DNA of 64,000 nt from Marsupella aquatica (Eukaryota; Plantae; Marchantiophyta): positions 2,033,659-2,097,658 of the forward strand of contig OZ316895.1 of the NCBI GenBank assembly GCA_973895155.1, written 5' to 3'. Below the pieces are notes generated by a model, which searched no databases, was not told where the DNA came from, and was given only the letters and a program-made list of their open reading frames with translations. The translations under genes and the position numbers were made by a program. Below are positions 48,049 through 62,600 of this stretch, one piece after another; the first letter of the stretch is position 1, and every line of letters begins with the position of its first letter.

Positions 48049-48889
48049 GGAGATTTCCAAAATTACCGCCTACGGATGATACCACCTGGTGCACCAGATC
48101 GATGTGATCTGCATCAACAAGAAGATATTATTCATTGCATTTGGGGTTCACTTGTCCTTGTTCTCAAATTGTTGGGAGGTGGGTGAATCACCTCTTGATG
48201 CTGTGTTCCTTCTCCAGGGGGAACCTTGTACAACTTCAGCCTGCACATGTCTTCATGGGAGCGGGATTACCTGAGGAATGGGACATACCTGAGAAGCTGT
48301 CAGTGGCATATTCTCAAAAGCTATAATATGCTGGAATGTATGGAACGACCGAAATCTGCACTTCCTTGAGAACACACATCCAAATTCATAAGGGGTCATT
48401 AGAAAATCATGGCACAGAATTGGACACGTCACCGTACCAAATCAGGTCTAGGAAGCTCACATTCAATGGAGATGCTCATTGTGAGATGTCCCACGACTTC
48501 GGTACTTGGGCAGGCCTCTGGGACATTCACGAAGAAATCCAGGCCTGTAGGTCCCATCTGTCCCCCCACGTCCCCCATCAATTCTTCAGGGATCAGGTTA
48601 TGGAGTTGCACTACAGGCAGACTGATGGGGTTTTTACCTTATCGCAGATCCACTCATGGGAACCTTGCCGGAACCCAGCACTGGCCGGTCTTATAGGGGT
48701 GTGCTACTCTCAATGTAGTCTCTAAATTGCTTTTCCAGGGCTCAACTCCTCACCTGGTATGGGCCTCCCTGGTATTTTAGCACGTCCACCTTTTGGTCCT
48801 GTGCGCTGGTGTCCCTTTATTTGGGCCCCCCGTTTTGTATGTTGGCTATTTGAATGGAATTCATTTGGTTCTTTCCAGGCAAAAAAAAG
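48049..48889 (+). mobile_element. 5'-truncated LINE remnant (ORF2 C-terminus)
   Basis: Frameshifted WCTR-CDLHQQEDIIHCIW-TCPCSQ (zf-RVT-like) and AIICWNVWNDRN. A-tail at 48881-88. 12-bp TSD AAGTTTATGGTT at 48037-48 and 48890-901. Confidence 0.85.
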
Positions 48890-49673
48890 AAGTTTATGGT
48901 TAGGATGTGTGTAATTTAATAAAAGAGAAAGACACATTTTAGATAATGTCACATAACTAGTATCTATATAAGAATTATCTCATGTACTTTGTATTTTATT
49001 ATAAAGAAAGTATATCATTTGACACTCGTGGTCAATCAATCCAAGAGTACACAAAAAACTAAGAAATAAGCTACTACTGCTTAGGTTTATTTCTTCCATT
49101 TTTGTAAGCAGAGGAAAGTACTTTTTGGCAGCATTGCATATTAAAGAAGTAATAGAACTTTTTGGCCGCATTGCACATTAAAGAAGTAATAGAAATGATC
49201 TGTAGTTTTATTTTCTGGAACCAACCAGCAAAATTGAATTGATTCTGTTCTGACTTCCTCAACTAGCATTGATTCCGTTATTCCTCAAATTCCAACCGGA
49301 GGCAGCTGCCGCACCTGTGCGTCGATGAATATACTGGACAGTCACTCTGATAGTCTGATCCCTTTATCTGTCAGCTTCGGGATTATTTGTGTATTTGGTC
49401 TCACTTTCAGACCCCTCTCGGTTCGAATGGATCGATCTTCAGGTCTACGTGATTGATGTCATGTCAGATTACTTCTGGACGTGTTCCGATTCAGACTGTC
49501 GCGTGTGTATGAAAATTTGTCAGCTATCTAGCTGAAAATTACAGGGTGCAATAGATTACCAACTACCTGTGAGTCGGCAAAGTACTAAGTTAAATTCCTG
49601 TCAACGGAGCTCCGTCTCACTGAGAACGCTATCGGTCGGCAAGCGGGCACGCAGGCTGTTCGAGGAACGCACC

Positions 49674-51274
49674 ATGAAGAGAGAGTGTACGCCGATGCTG
49701 GCTCTTGCTCTAGCCAGCATCGTTGGTGCTTCTTTTCTCTCGGGCGCTTTGGCGGAAGGGCCTAACGGTACCGAGCTGCATTCGTCGAATTCTCTCAATG
49801 GCGTGGTTGGTGGAAAGCCTCTCAAGTACTCTGCCGAGTACAACCAACTTTTTGTGAAACAGACAGACGAAATCAACTCCATGCTTTTAGGACCTATTCA
49901 TCAAGTTGCTACCGAGGCTCAACTACCTCATTGGAGTGTAACATGGCTTCGGAACTGGTGGGCCGGGACAGTTCTCTACTTCCTATCTGCAGGAGGCTAC
50001 TATTTCTATGCTTACTGGTGGAAGAGGGAGCAGAACTTTCCTAAAGGTAAGCTTCAAATAGAGCTTCAATTGTCTTCTACGGGATCGACAAACTGTGCGG
50101 ATCGTGACCTTCACACATTTACGATGTATTGTGTTTTGTTGGACACAGTTCTTGAATTGGTACGTATGCTTCTAGCTAGCCCAATCAGAGCTTCTTCGCT
50201 TTCGTATGTTTTTCAATATTAGTAAAGGCGTCCTCGAAGGTAATTTTGCAATAGGTACTTTCTTGCGGTCCACTTAAACTACCCCAACTTTGAACAGTTC
50301 TGATTTGGCAAAAGCTTCGTACTTGGCTTCCAATCTTGGCAGGCAGCCCTCTGGCGATAAGACATCTGCTCGAGCAGATGGTCATGGGCTTGCTAGGACT
50401 TCCCGTGCTCACTGCTCTTCCCAGTTTTGCGGAGTATATTGTCGAGAAGGGATGGACGCGTTGCTATGTGGAGATCGGGGACGTTGGACTGGCGAACTAC
50501 ACCATGCATATCAGTGCATACCTGTTCTTCTCCGAATTCTGGGTTTATTGGTTTCACCGGTGGTTGCATACACCACTTCTCTACAAATATATGCACCATA
50601 CCCACCACTTCTACTGGAAGCCTTCCACTGTATCTCCATTTGCAGGTCACTCTTTCAACTCGTTTCAGATTAAGAATATTCTAAGTACTAGGATCGGAGC
50701 TAGCGTTTCTCGTTTGAGATTGAGATTGCCAGGTAGTAGATGAATCCTTGAATTTTCTTTCAATCCTTTGCATTCTTCTGAGGACTATATAGGCCGACTT
50801 TCGCCGACAGTTGCCGAATTGCCTCAGTCTTCTGATCAATCATGCATCCGTGCTTTTAGAGTATGTTCTAAGCCGTATTCCATGCTGTTCTTTGGTATAC
50901 AGTTTCCAATCTCTGATCGAAAAGTTCTTGCTTTGATTTGTTCTACAGGTCTAGCATTCAACCCCTTAGATGGGGTTTTGCAAGCCAGTCCTCTTGTCTT
51001 TGCGTTGTTCTTCGTGCCAATGCACTTTCAAACCTACTATATCTTGTTCTTCCTTGAGGAGATATGGAGCGCGAACATCCACGACACCATTGATGGAGGT
51101 TTCTATGGGATATTGGGAGCCGGCTATCACAACTACCACCATACCCATTTTAACTACAATTACGGGCACTTGACTATTTTCATGGATTGGCTCTTTGGCA
51201 CGCTCATCGACCCAAAGAAGGGCACGCCACCCAAGAAAGAATTCAACTTAGCGAAGCATACGTCGAGAAGGTGA
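49674..51274 (+). CDS. Delta7-sterol C5(6)-desaturase-like protein (STE1/DWF7/ERG3 family), 3 exons: 49674-50046, 50343-50645, 50949-51274; 333 aa
   Basis: His boxes HRWLH, HHTHH and HNYHH; [40 protein letters not shown]. Splice sites are frame-consistent GT-AG. Confidence 0.92.
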
Positions 51275-54200
51275 TAAACGTGGAGTGACGACGAGGCCCC
51301 CACCCTCACCTGTTGTCACCCAGTACTCAATGCTGGAGACATTTGATCCTGGACACAATGGTCATAGACGGCCTCGATCCAAACTCAAGATCATGAGTTC
51401 AACTTTAATATTTTCCATCGAAATTGCACATTCAACTTCGATATTTTCCATCGAACTTGCACATTCAGAAGGCAAGGTTGACCAAAATGAAGCTCAAGCC
51501 AACTTCAATAGCACTCTTCTCACTGCGTCACATCCATAACCCCTACATACAAATCCTATTGCGCTGTCTATTTAGTGCACCTGGAACAACCTCCCTTTTG
51601 CCAAAGGATACTGCTTTAGGCCAGGTTTACACTGCAGTTAATTCTTGGACCCTTTTTTTATTCAAGACAAAATTTTACTTCAAGTTTTTAGTGGTAAAAA
51701 AAAATTTCAATGGTCCATTTCAAAGAAACTAAGGATTAGGCACGCTGATAGGAAGATGGGTTGCCCCGGGAAGTACTCTGGGGCTAGGGACACTTGCACC
51801 TTTAGCTCTTTGGAGACCTTTTGTGATCCTTTTGATTCTGCTTGTTATCCTTGCCACGGTGCTTTCGTGGTTCAAATATATAAAACTAAAATGGTTTTAA
51901 GGAAAGAAACCAAGGATGAGGGAAAAAAATTCACTTATAAGTTTAGGTGGTCACCACCTAAAGTTGGACACTCCATACAATGACCCCCTTGAGCAGTGCG
52001 AATGTGCACAAAATTTCTTTTCTGGACATTTTTGGGGCTTTTGTCCCGGCTTTTGTACCAAAACAATACATTGCAATGTTCACGGTTGCCCTACACAGAA
52101 ATCTTTTTCAAAACATTTAGTGCAACACAACTTGAAGGTTTACTTCTATGGATGCCCTATTCAGCCATGCGATCAATTTGTGCAGAAGAATCGAATGTAA
52201 TTAACATTGTACAACTTCAAGATTTGTGTTGTGGCATGGATGCCCTACAGAGCCAAGCTTGTACAAGAAGCTAGTAGACTGCAATGGACAACTTCAACGT
52301 TTTAGTCAATGCCGACACAAATAGTCTCTGCCAAAAATTGAGGTCTACATGGATGTCCTATAACATAAGGTCATCTCAATCAGTTTATGGACGCAACCTC
52401 CTGCTTCAACGTTTGGAATGGAGAACCCCGTGGCCAACGATTTCGGACTTTTTCAGCTCCACGTGATCTTGGGTCTCACCTCTTACCTCAAAGTGAGCAT
52501 TTCTTGCCTCAAAAAACAAGCGAACTTCCCACTCTTCCTACTCAGCTGTGATCAAACTTGGGCTCAAAGTAAGAGGTGCAAGACAATGGAGAAGCTGGGG
52601 TGGGCCTCGCTGTGTCCACTGTCTCGGGGTGCAAGTAGGGCTTGCCGTTAGAGTACTCAAGGATGGGCTTGGCTTAATTTAAATAGCTCAGCCTGTGTTT
52701 GGTTTATGTCAAAAGTGACAGAAAGAACACAATTTTGGACCCAACGATAAGGATTTCAGCACACAAGAAAGGTGTTCACATTTTGCCGATTCTCCCAAAA
52801 TAGTCTACTTTTTATATTCAACCCTTTGTATCTCCCCAAAAAAACAATTTGGTATCAAAGTTTAGATTGAATTGGCAATTTGAGGAATGGGCCAGACTGA
52901 CCCCTGAAATTTAATAGTCTGAGAAATTTGATTCATCTTGGAAAATTACATTCAAAAATCATCAACAAAGTTTATGCTCTCCTTAAAGATAAAAAAATGT
53001 TTTGACCCCAACAACCAAAACTAATGAAAGAATAACTCCAATGTAGATATTGACTCCGCATTTCACCATCAAAATGTTGTTTGAAACTCCAATTTAGACA
53101 ATTTGCGATAACATTCATTCAGGACCAACCCGGTTTGCTACATTGCATTGTCCCCGGTTCGTCATGAATATGGAGGACGAACCCGGGGATAAACCTGCAA
53201 CGATGCAATGTAGCAAACATTAGGTTTTATGTGTCGGAGCCCAATTATCTATCAGGGTTTGCATTGCCTTAGAAAAAACAGAATTGGGCTAAACGAGAAT
53301 TGTGTCACACCTCCTGTTCAGTACAAAATCATGTTAAAGGGTAATGGTGCAATAGGGTGTCTCAAACCTTCAGGTCAAAAAACAAACTTGTCCCAAAAGT
53401 AGCAGTTTTGGTCAACGGTCAGGAGTGTACTGACAAGTTGTGTCCACCACTTTTTTCCAGGAAAATGCCCTTACTGCGACCAAAGGCAAAATGAAGAGGA
53501 TTAAGACACCCTGATAGAATGGGTGAGGCCTGGGGTGAGGGCAACTCGGCTAGACCAAAATTAGGCCAGGACTAACTTAAGGAAGGGCCCTTTCCTCTCA
53601 GTGAGAGGTAATCCAGGGTGCACGTCAGAGCCAAGGGAAATGGTGGCCACTTGATTCAAAAATGTGGCTGATTGTTGCCAGCTCAAATGTTTGGTGGTAA
53701 CCCACACTGAGTTAACTTAAATGGACACCCCAAAATATGGCCTCCTACTAACTAAACTAAAACAATATATGGCAAGGTGTGATATTGGGACCTGTAAATA
53801 GGACAATATATATAGTAAAACCCAGGCAGATTTCATTGAGAAGTCCATTCAAACAAAAGAAAGAATAGGAGCACAACCGGGAGCATATTGTCTAATATGT
53901 AATTGAATGTGTTATTTTAGAGATTTTCACTTCAGTGGGCTTTTGGCAATAAGCCCCTCCAACAGGGATCAGATATTTGTAGAATGGCTACGTACATACC
54001 AATAAAGGTTCAATGCCATGTAATTATAGTTTGTACAAATCACTACTCTACAATTTCATTGTGCACTTCTTCCTATGTAAGGTGATGCTTGATAGGAGCA
54101 CCTCTCTCATCTACTACATGAAACAACAGATACATGAACCCAAATACGTTGGGTGAAATACGCCAATGAATGGGTACCAAATATTGGAGTGTTGAGGGAG

Positions 54201-54756
54201 TTTGTTTGCATTTGTCGTCACCATACTGATCCGTCTTCATGGTCATGCCATAATAAGCATGGATTTTGAAATGTGGAAAGAAAGAAATATTCCTTCAATC
54301 ACTCAAACTTGTTGAAAAATATGTGAATTGTTTGTTATTTGCCACCATCAGAAATTGGTTGTTTATGTTTGAGTTTTATAAGAATCTGCAATATCAGTTA
54401 ATGGTAGCTTAAATTCTCAATCCGACTTGTAAATTGACTTAGCTCAATATGCAAACATAAAGCTAAGTGGTTCAATTTTTTTTATACTATGTCTGATACA
54501 CCAGTAGTGAGAGCATTACATTTTTTAGGAGACAATCAATCATCGGTATCGTACATGAAATTAATTTGTCAATTAATATCAGCTCTTACTTTCCTGTGAA
54601 ATCTGATGAGATGAACAACTCAATATTGGAAACTGTGTTGCCACTCTACTTCAATTATTGGATATTCAGTTTTGTTGAGGTGAGGCTAGAAACCAATCAA
54701 ACATGAGCATTTAAGTCCGTAGGTCAGGAATGAAATTTTAAATTTTTTTAATCAGC

Positions 54757-57700
54757 TCATTTTAGAGTGGAAATTTGGAGTTTCAATCTCACCTCCTTCA
54801 TTCTAGATAAGTCTGTGTGCTTCAATACTGGCTTTTCAATGACAGCAGTCTCCTCAGATCCAGCCACACCAACAACAGCGTTGTCTTGCTTGATCTCTGA
54901 TTTGCTACTAGGCAAAGCTTTAGTTGGCACCGCGGGAGGACTGGATAATCTCAATTGAGATGTGGTGCCAACCAGCATCTTCTTGTCGACATCATTTTCA
55001 ATAATGGGAGGTCCAGTTGGCCTTTCAAGGTCAACAAGAGACACTACAAGTTCCCAATGGTTCATACTCATAGGTCGCATTGGGTTAAGGGTCTCATCAA
55101 TTTTCTCCTTCTCCTGCTGTCTGGGTGAATTGTACAATTCCAGAAATATGTTTTCTTCAGTGAGAAAATTCCAATAAGAAGGGCTTATAATCAACTTCCA
55201 CATAACCAGACTTATATGGCCCTCCAAGAGAAACTACTTCGTGCACAACTCCTCTAATAAGTAGGTGCTCGTACATTGCATTACTCACTAGTGTTTCCCT
55301 GATTATGTTAGGTTTGTACAGCTAATTCTTTTCAAGCTCTTAATTTGCTATGCAGAATGAGCAAACTGATGGAGGTAAGAGTAACAAAAAATTTGCCACA
55401 ATTAATTTGATGAAGAAAGTATCTTTCATTTAAAAACTGAAACCAAGAGCTTACACAAAGATGTGATTGATCTGATTAGGTGAAGCTGTATGAAGTAGGC
55501 AACTCTTACAATGACTAGGCACACATCTCACCTGTTCCTCACTCGTTTCAAATCTATTTCAATTTTTCGTTGCTTGTAAAAATTTTCCCTTGCTTTTTGG
55601 GCGGCTTGTAAAACCTGCTCAGTCAAATTATATGATTCACCCATGAAACCATAAAACAGGTTGTGTTACTGGAGGCGATTCCTCCACATAAGGTTATGAA
55701 TTTCAGGTTTACTAGACTTTGCTCAATCAGCCTCCAAATTCAATGATCATTTCATGTACAAGAGGCATACTAGTAGTTGGCTATCTCAATCATGTCCAGC
55801 TACTCTTAAACTACATGAAAACAAGCCAGGTTGAAAATGAATTAATGGGCACCTCAGGTGGGTTAGCACCGAGCTAGCCAGGGTCTTTGGACAATTTCAC
55901 TTAATAAAGAAATGTTCAATGGCCTCAAGAGCTGGAGTTGCATGTTGACCTTTTCCTGACCCTCTTTAGATTTAGCCTCCCTTGCTTGCACATCTTCGAG
56001 ACTTTTTTGAGTCCATTCTCTGCAAATTCAATATGGGTATGTTTAATCTGCTTTAAAAAATGTCATAAGACTTTCCCTTATTTCGAGAGATGTCACTTTG
56101 TTGCTTCAAACTCTTGGTTACATGACCGCATTGCCCTTGACTACTTTGTATTGCAAAATTATTCCTTGAACTTCTTGCAAAATGATGAGATTTTTTTCCC
56201 TACTTGTCTTCTTCCCGACTTTTCTTCTTCCCTAGTTTTCTATCTTCAAACTTCAATCTTACTAGGGAATTATCAGCTAGAAGTGATTTCAATTACAAAC
56301 CATAACTCCTCCATGAAGAGTTTTTCATCCACACTTGATCAAGCAGAATTACTTAGGCATGAGTGATACTGGATGAATATTACAACTCCATTCACTCACT
56401 TGAGCAAGTCAGATTCTTGGGTTGGTAGGCCAGAAGAAGATCTGCGTCGAAGATAACGTACTTCTGGGGAACTCGTCACACCCTTGGCAGGGATCACTCG
56501 TCTCGAACTGGGAATGTTGCGAACAGCTAGAACAACTTCTTCTTGTCTCAGCTGGGCCTTGAGGTCAAGTCCATTGGTACACGGATCTTGGTCGATGTGT
56601 GACTCAGTTGTGTTACCGAGAGATTCTTTAGAATTTATTGAGTTTGCAGATGAGGTAGCTGACATGGATGATGTCGATGAAGGAGATGATGGAGATGGTG
56701 TACTGTGACCTAAAGGGCACTTACTCCCTTCTCCGTCTAGAGTTGTGTCAATGAGGTGTACTTTGAAGTCCGACCTTCGCTTGAGGGAGCCAATGAAGTG
56801 AGAAATCTGATCAACAGGTTGTCTCTGAGGTGAGAACAATGGAGATGAAGGTCTTTCCGAAACATTCCTTCTATCTTCGTCATAAACTTGATTATTGATT
56901 ATTGTTTGAACTTGACTGGATGGTGTGGGTGGTGTGGATGATGTGGATTTTGTAGATGATGTGGATCTTGTGGAAGATGATGTGGACGATGTGGTGTCTT
57001 CTGCTGGAGGGATCTTTTCATCCTCATCAATTTTGTCGTCCAAATCCTCCTTCCACTCCACATGTTTAGTCTGAACCCACCCTGTAGGACGCCTTAGTAT
57101 CGGTTTTTTAACATTTTCCTCTGGAGTCTCTTCTTGCCTCTCCAATACAAATGTGGGAGTCCTCTTAAGGTTACCGTGCTCTTTTCGTGGAGTCTTTGGA
57201 TCACTTTGGGTCACTGTTGGGTCAGTTGGTTTTTTCATGAATGATCTTTGGCGACCGATTCTCCCTGGAGTAGCTATTGAAGCCGATGCGCTGGGCTGCC
57301 CTGTAGTAGGGCTTGATTGGCCACTAGATACATCCACCTCTTGTTGATCCTCCTTCAGAATTAATTGCTGTTGTGAATCCTCACTGTCCTTTTTCTTTTC
57401 TTGAGCTCCCCTCATATCCGATTCTTCCTCAGGCAAGTCTCCGGTTGAAGAAGAAATATGTCTTGAGTAGGGAAGATTGTCTCCGGATTCCTGCCCTAGA
57501 ACCTTGGAGTAGCAATCTGACGACAACTCTCTGCAATTGCAATACAGATTCTAAGCCTTCTTATGTGATTTGTTATTTATTTTTATGTCAACCATCACCT
57601 TCTCTGCAAGATGTTTATTGATTGTAAATGATACCCTAATTACAAGTAAGCCGCAAGAAGGGTTTTTAATTAACAAAACCGAAGATGACTATTGCAACGG

Positions 57701-57800
57701 AAATGATCCCAATATATAACTCAGCTAATGGAATGGATAGAAGTATACACCACCTGACAATGCCCAAGACCCGGGAGCAACAAGTCTTCTCAGTATCCAT
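54757..57800 (-). CDS. Uncharacterised multi-exon gene encoding a Ser/Thr/Pro/Glu-rich, probably disordered protein; structure tentative
   Basis: 376-codon ORF at 56396-57526 bounded by acceptor ttgcAG (57531) and donor AA|GTGAGT (~56399). Frame-compatible small upstream exon 57800-57754 (MDTEKTCC...). Further open segment at 54757-55227. No domain recognised. Confidence 0.5.
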
Positions 57801-59627
57801 ACATCCATTCAACCATTCATGTCGAGAGAGTGCATGCCAATGCTTGTCCCGATGGTTGCATTGATTTATTTGGCATCAATCCAGGGCAAGAATCAAACCA
57901 TCTACTGGTTTGAAGGCCATCGTGAACGAACATTGTCACTGATGCTTCATTATTGGTATGGAAAAAGGGAAATAAAATCGCTTTGTGACGATGTTCCATT
58001 TTTCCATACCACTCCAAGTCCTTCACTATGGCTTCATCGCATTGAAGCATATTCTTGAAGTCTTCGTGCAATTCAGAGACTTGATTTTGATTTGTGTTTT
58101 TTTACGATCAAGGTCCTCTCAATTGGTCGAGCCAGAGGATATTTAATACGACATAATCTACAATTCTGTCGGTCTTATAGTGTGAGACTTTTAACTCCAG
58201 ATGTCTGCACTCCATGCTTGGGAGTGTTCTGGAATTTGAAGACGGATAGACCTAGCTTGTGAACCAGACAATCCCCATTGATCATGACACCCTTTCCACT
58301 GTCATTCCCTCGCACTCTTCCCCCTTCCGAAAGTTCGTTATCAACAAACTTTGACCTTTTAGTCTCTCCCTCGAAAAAAATAAAATTGGTTATTCTTGGG
58401 GTTTTTTGAAGCAGCTTAGAAATGTCATATTCATAAGCAAACTTTGACCTATCATTAACTTATAATCCTATCCGCGAATGGCACTTTACCCATCATCCTG
58501 TTTGATACCTAGTCTCTATTCAAGCCACTTTGCTACCCGGGCTTTCCAAGGGCTGGTGACCCATCCAACTCCAGTTCCAATTACAGGCAATAACAATACT
58601 TATCCGAAAGACATTGAAAACAAGAATGGGGTCAAGTGCTCCTTTACATCAGAGCCCTGTTGCAGATATGGTTTCTGATCCGCACACTAAGCACAAAAAC
58701 TGAATTGGAAGTCTGCTTTTGCAACAACACGTGAAATTAGCGACTTGAGGGTCTTTCGGTATACTTAGCAAATGACCCTCAACTCGGCAATTTCTCCCAA
58801 TGTAGAAAAGCAAAACTGCTACAGCCACTACATTAGGCGTGTTGCATCATTCAGTCGTATGTGACCAAACCCCTTGGTCAGTGACCTGGGTCATGTTTTC
58901 CCCCATGACCCACAAGCCACTCTACCAAAGCTCGTGCAATAATTAGCCAAAACAACTTAAAGCTCTTGACACCTATTTTGTTGTTTTGGCCAGTTAACCT
59001 TCTAATTTGCCTCTGTTAAGTACCTATTTTGCCTAAAACACATCATTGACAACTCCCCAGAAGCCTTGCCTATGAGCCCATCGACAGTATGCATCCACAT
59101 TAGGTACCCCTAATGTCGTGAATGTGAGCAGACTGTTCCACTGATTTTAGAAGGGCAGCTACTCACTAACAGCAGAAAGGAATTAGAGTCCCCAACAGAG
59201 CACCTGATCCGCACATTTGGTATTCGAAGAGTGGAAATTGCTTCAGAGATCCACACAGAGCCATGAGAGGAAGCAGAGAGAGTCGACTTTGACTGAACTG
59301 TGCTTTTGAAATTCTTGTTTGATGCGGATATTCATCGCAGAGCTCGCCAGAGATACCTTTGATGCCCGTACCAATGGACCTCTTCCCCGTAGATTGAAGG
59401 CACCCACTTCTGAATCCCAGCGGTTCCTTTTCCTTCAACTCTTAATTGAGGACTGACGTTAAGAAGTAATGAACATACCTGAACTCATATCCGTTTCGAG
59501 AAATTGATTTGAAAACTCGTTTCCATCCTGAATGAGAGATGAGTGTTACACTTGTTTGTTCTGACCTGATGTAGAGAGGGCCATTAGGAAGCGTACGAAT
59601 TTGACGTTGTCAGCTCCTTGATCCGCA

Positions 59628-62600
59628 ATGAGGATGAGCAGGGGACGAGCGTTAGCCCTGTGGTGGCTGAGCTCGGTGCTACTTCTCAATACAGAGGTGG
59701 GGGGAGTAATTATAGACGAGACGACGAGTTGTAAGGCATGGCTGGTGCAGTCCATTCCGACTGACATGCCCGACCTTCGTCTCGTTTCGGGAGTCCTTTC
59801 GTCGGGGGAAGTGCTGAACTGGCTGGCCGGGAATGCGACTCAGTCCCTCGATCTTACGGTACAATACTGGCAGTTTCTGGCGCAGCCAAACGACAACAAC
59901 TCTGGCGATTATGGGTTTTCCCAAGCCGAGATGGACCACTTTGGAGCTCCCGTTGGTGCCTCTGTCTACCAATCCTTGGAAGAGGCTGCTGATCGAGGAA
60001 TCCCCTTGAGGTGAACCTTGTTATTAAGTTCTCGTTTCCTTCAAGAAGTTTTGTCCCAGGCATTCATTCATGAAGAAGCATAAAGACTTGGGGGGATTCT
60101 CAACCCACGTTAGACAACCGCAATGACTGTCCGCAATGAATTGGAGGAAGCAGGACTGTGGATATTTTCACTTGATGTATTTTTTAGCCTAGCAGACTTC
60201 CGGATCCTCTGGGTATGTAACTCTGTGGTAGTGAAATGTCTTTAATCTAGACTAAGATTTACATGCAGGCAGAGAGAAAACTGGAGAAGACATTGTTCCC
60301 CTGTCATTTGGTAGCAAATGCTTCGATGATCACAGCTTTCCTTAGTTATGAAGTACCCCAGTGTGCGTGTTCCTTGAGGGGAATTTACTCCAATTTCACA
60401 TTACTCTGTATTGTCAAAATTGACAGAATGAAATTCATTCCAAGTAAGTCTTCCAGTGCAATGGTGTTGTTCCTTCCCTTGCGAGACAACTTTTCACTTT
60501 TGTACGTACTTTCTTGTCGAGGATGGCTCAGGATTGTGCAGCACACAGGCGTCTACCCAGACTATGTCACAGAGGCAGCCCAGCTTGCAGCCGGGAGGCC
60601 AAACGTCCAAAACCGGACACTATTGTTGAGTGACTGGACAGGATCCGGCATAATACATTCCAAAGTCTGGATTGCAGATCACAAACATTTCTATATAGGA
60701 TCAGCCAATAACGACTGGAAATCCCTCACACAGGTAGCTTACGCACCAGGTCTCATGTGGCTTCGAGGTTTCTGGTCAGTAATATCTTGAGAGTTGGTGC
60801 ATTCTAACATTTTTCCAAATGTGGGCCATACTCTGGAGTACATTTGCTTTACATGATCAGTGGTAGGCATCCAAGTTCCATATTACGTGTTAGCAGTTTC
60901 TCAGCTGGCCCTGTCCTTTGCAGTGTCTTTGATTCATTATACATTTATGCTCTTGTGCAATGAAACAAGCCAACTCTTCCCCATTTGGTTTCTTCTAGGG
61001 CTCGATCTACTGCTTTTATCATCGTATTAGTTGAAGCGAAGACGATCACTACTGTTCTGATTTTCCGAACGCGCATTATCTCTGTCATCCGTAATTGCCA
61101 GGGCTATATTGCCATCAATTCTCATATAGTTTGCATTGAATTAAGCTACATATCAGCTGGGATGAATTCCTCAAGTCATATCTGCACTATAGATGTTGCA
61201 AACTGTTACAGGTGAAGGAACTTGGAATCTACATCACTGACTGTCCGAAAATTGGAAAGCAACTGGAACACTATTTTGACAATCTGTGGGCATTGACAAC
61301 CCTCAATGCGTCTCTCCTGACAACGAGCTTCTATGATCCGAATTGGCAAGTCAATCGAACTGTGCCATGCTGGTCTCAGTTCCTTCCTTCCGCTAAACAG
61401 TGTCGGTATGTTTTCCTTTCGCACCCCTAGGACTGCTTGTGGATACCTTGTTTGATCATTATGTCTTTAATTGGCTGTCTGAAATAGATTGGCAATGACA
61501 GCCTGACACTCTGGACTCACTTGATCATTCTCTTCTCATTTTATCTCGTAGATCCCCGCTGCAACCATCTATGAAGTCCTCACATGGGCTGGGATATCCT
61601 TATCTGACGAATCCACAATTTTTTGACCTCACCTTGAAGACTCCTGGTATTGCAAACAAGAAATCAAATCCATCAAAGGCTTACCTGTCGTTTTCGCCTC
61701 CAGAGGTATCTACGGGTACCACAGCTCCATTGTGGATTCATTCAAAATCTGAATTGCCAAGGTTTTCCATTAGGACTGTAGGACTATGAATTGTCGTTCC
61801 TATCCCAACATTCTAAGCTTCAATTTATCTTATTTTGCAGCTGTTATTCAACAATCACCAATCAGATGAACAAGGATGGGTAGAAACAATATTATCGGTT
61901 CCAATCAATGGAACCGTCAGAATGAATACGATGGACTGGCTGGGCCAATCACAATATTTGGACAACACAATCTTCTGGACAGCATTATCAACAGCTATTG
62001 GAAAGGTAACTACTTCAATACAGCATTTTTCTGTTCAAACTTTCCATCTGTACCCTGATCTTGCTCAAAATTGTGATTTAGCTTATCGGTTTTGCAATGG
62101 AACGTTTAATTCTTGTGTAGATTTAAAAATTGAGGTGCTTTATGTTAGCAAAGCGAGATATACTATGAAGAAACTGCTCCTTATTTGTGCTCCCAGACTG
62201 CGACATAACCTGGCCATTGGCAGGTTGTCCTTGCGAAAGGGGCATCAGTAAAGGTACTGGTAGCTCAGTGGGCACACACTATTGAAGGACAAAGTGAGTA
62301 CCTGGAATATTTGGAGTTCATTGACGACCTGTGCAACTCATCTTCATATAACCGTTGCACGGGAAAGGTGGAGGTGAAACTGTATGAGGTTCCTAACTAT
62401 AACTCCACAGGAGCAGCCATAGAGAATGGCAAGCCTACAGGAAACCAGTTTCCAGCTTATACAAGGGTAAATCATGCCAAGTTCGCTGTCAGTGACGTTA
62501 GAGCTCACATTGGAACTAGCAACCTCATCTGGGACTACTTTTACAGCACAAATGGCGTGAGCTTTGGAACTTATGATTTAAGAATCGTGACACAGCTCAT

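Noticed and set aside
48950-48975. Candidate 5' TC end of the Helitron-like element (minus strand tcttatatagatactag)
   Set aside because: Not preceded by the expected A, and there is no second copy in the window to confirm the boundary.
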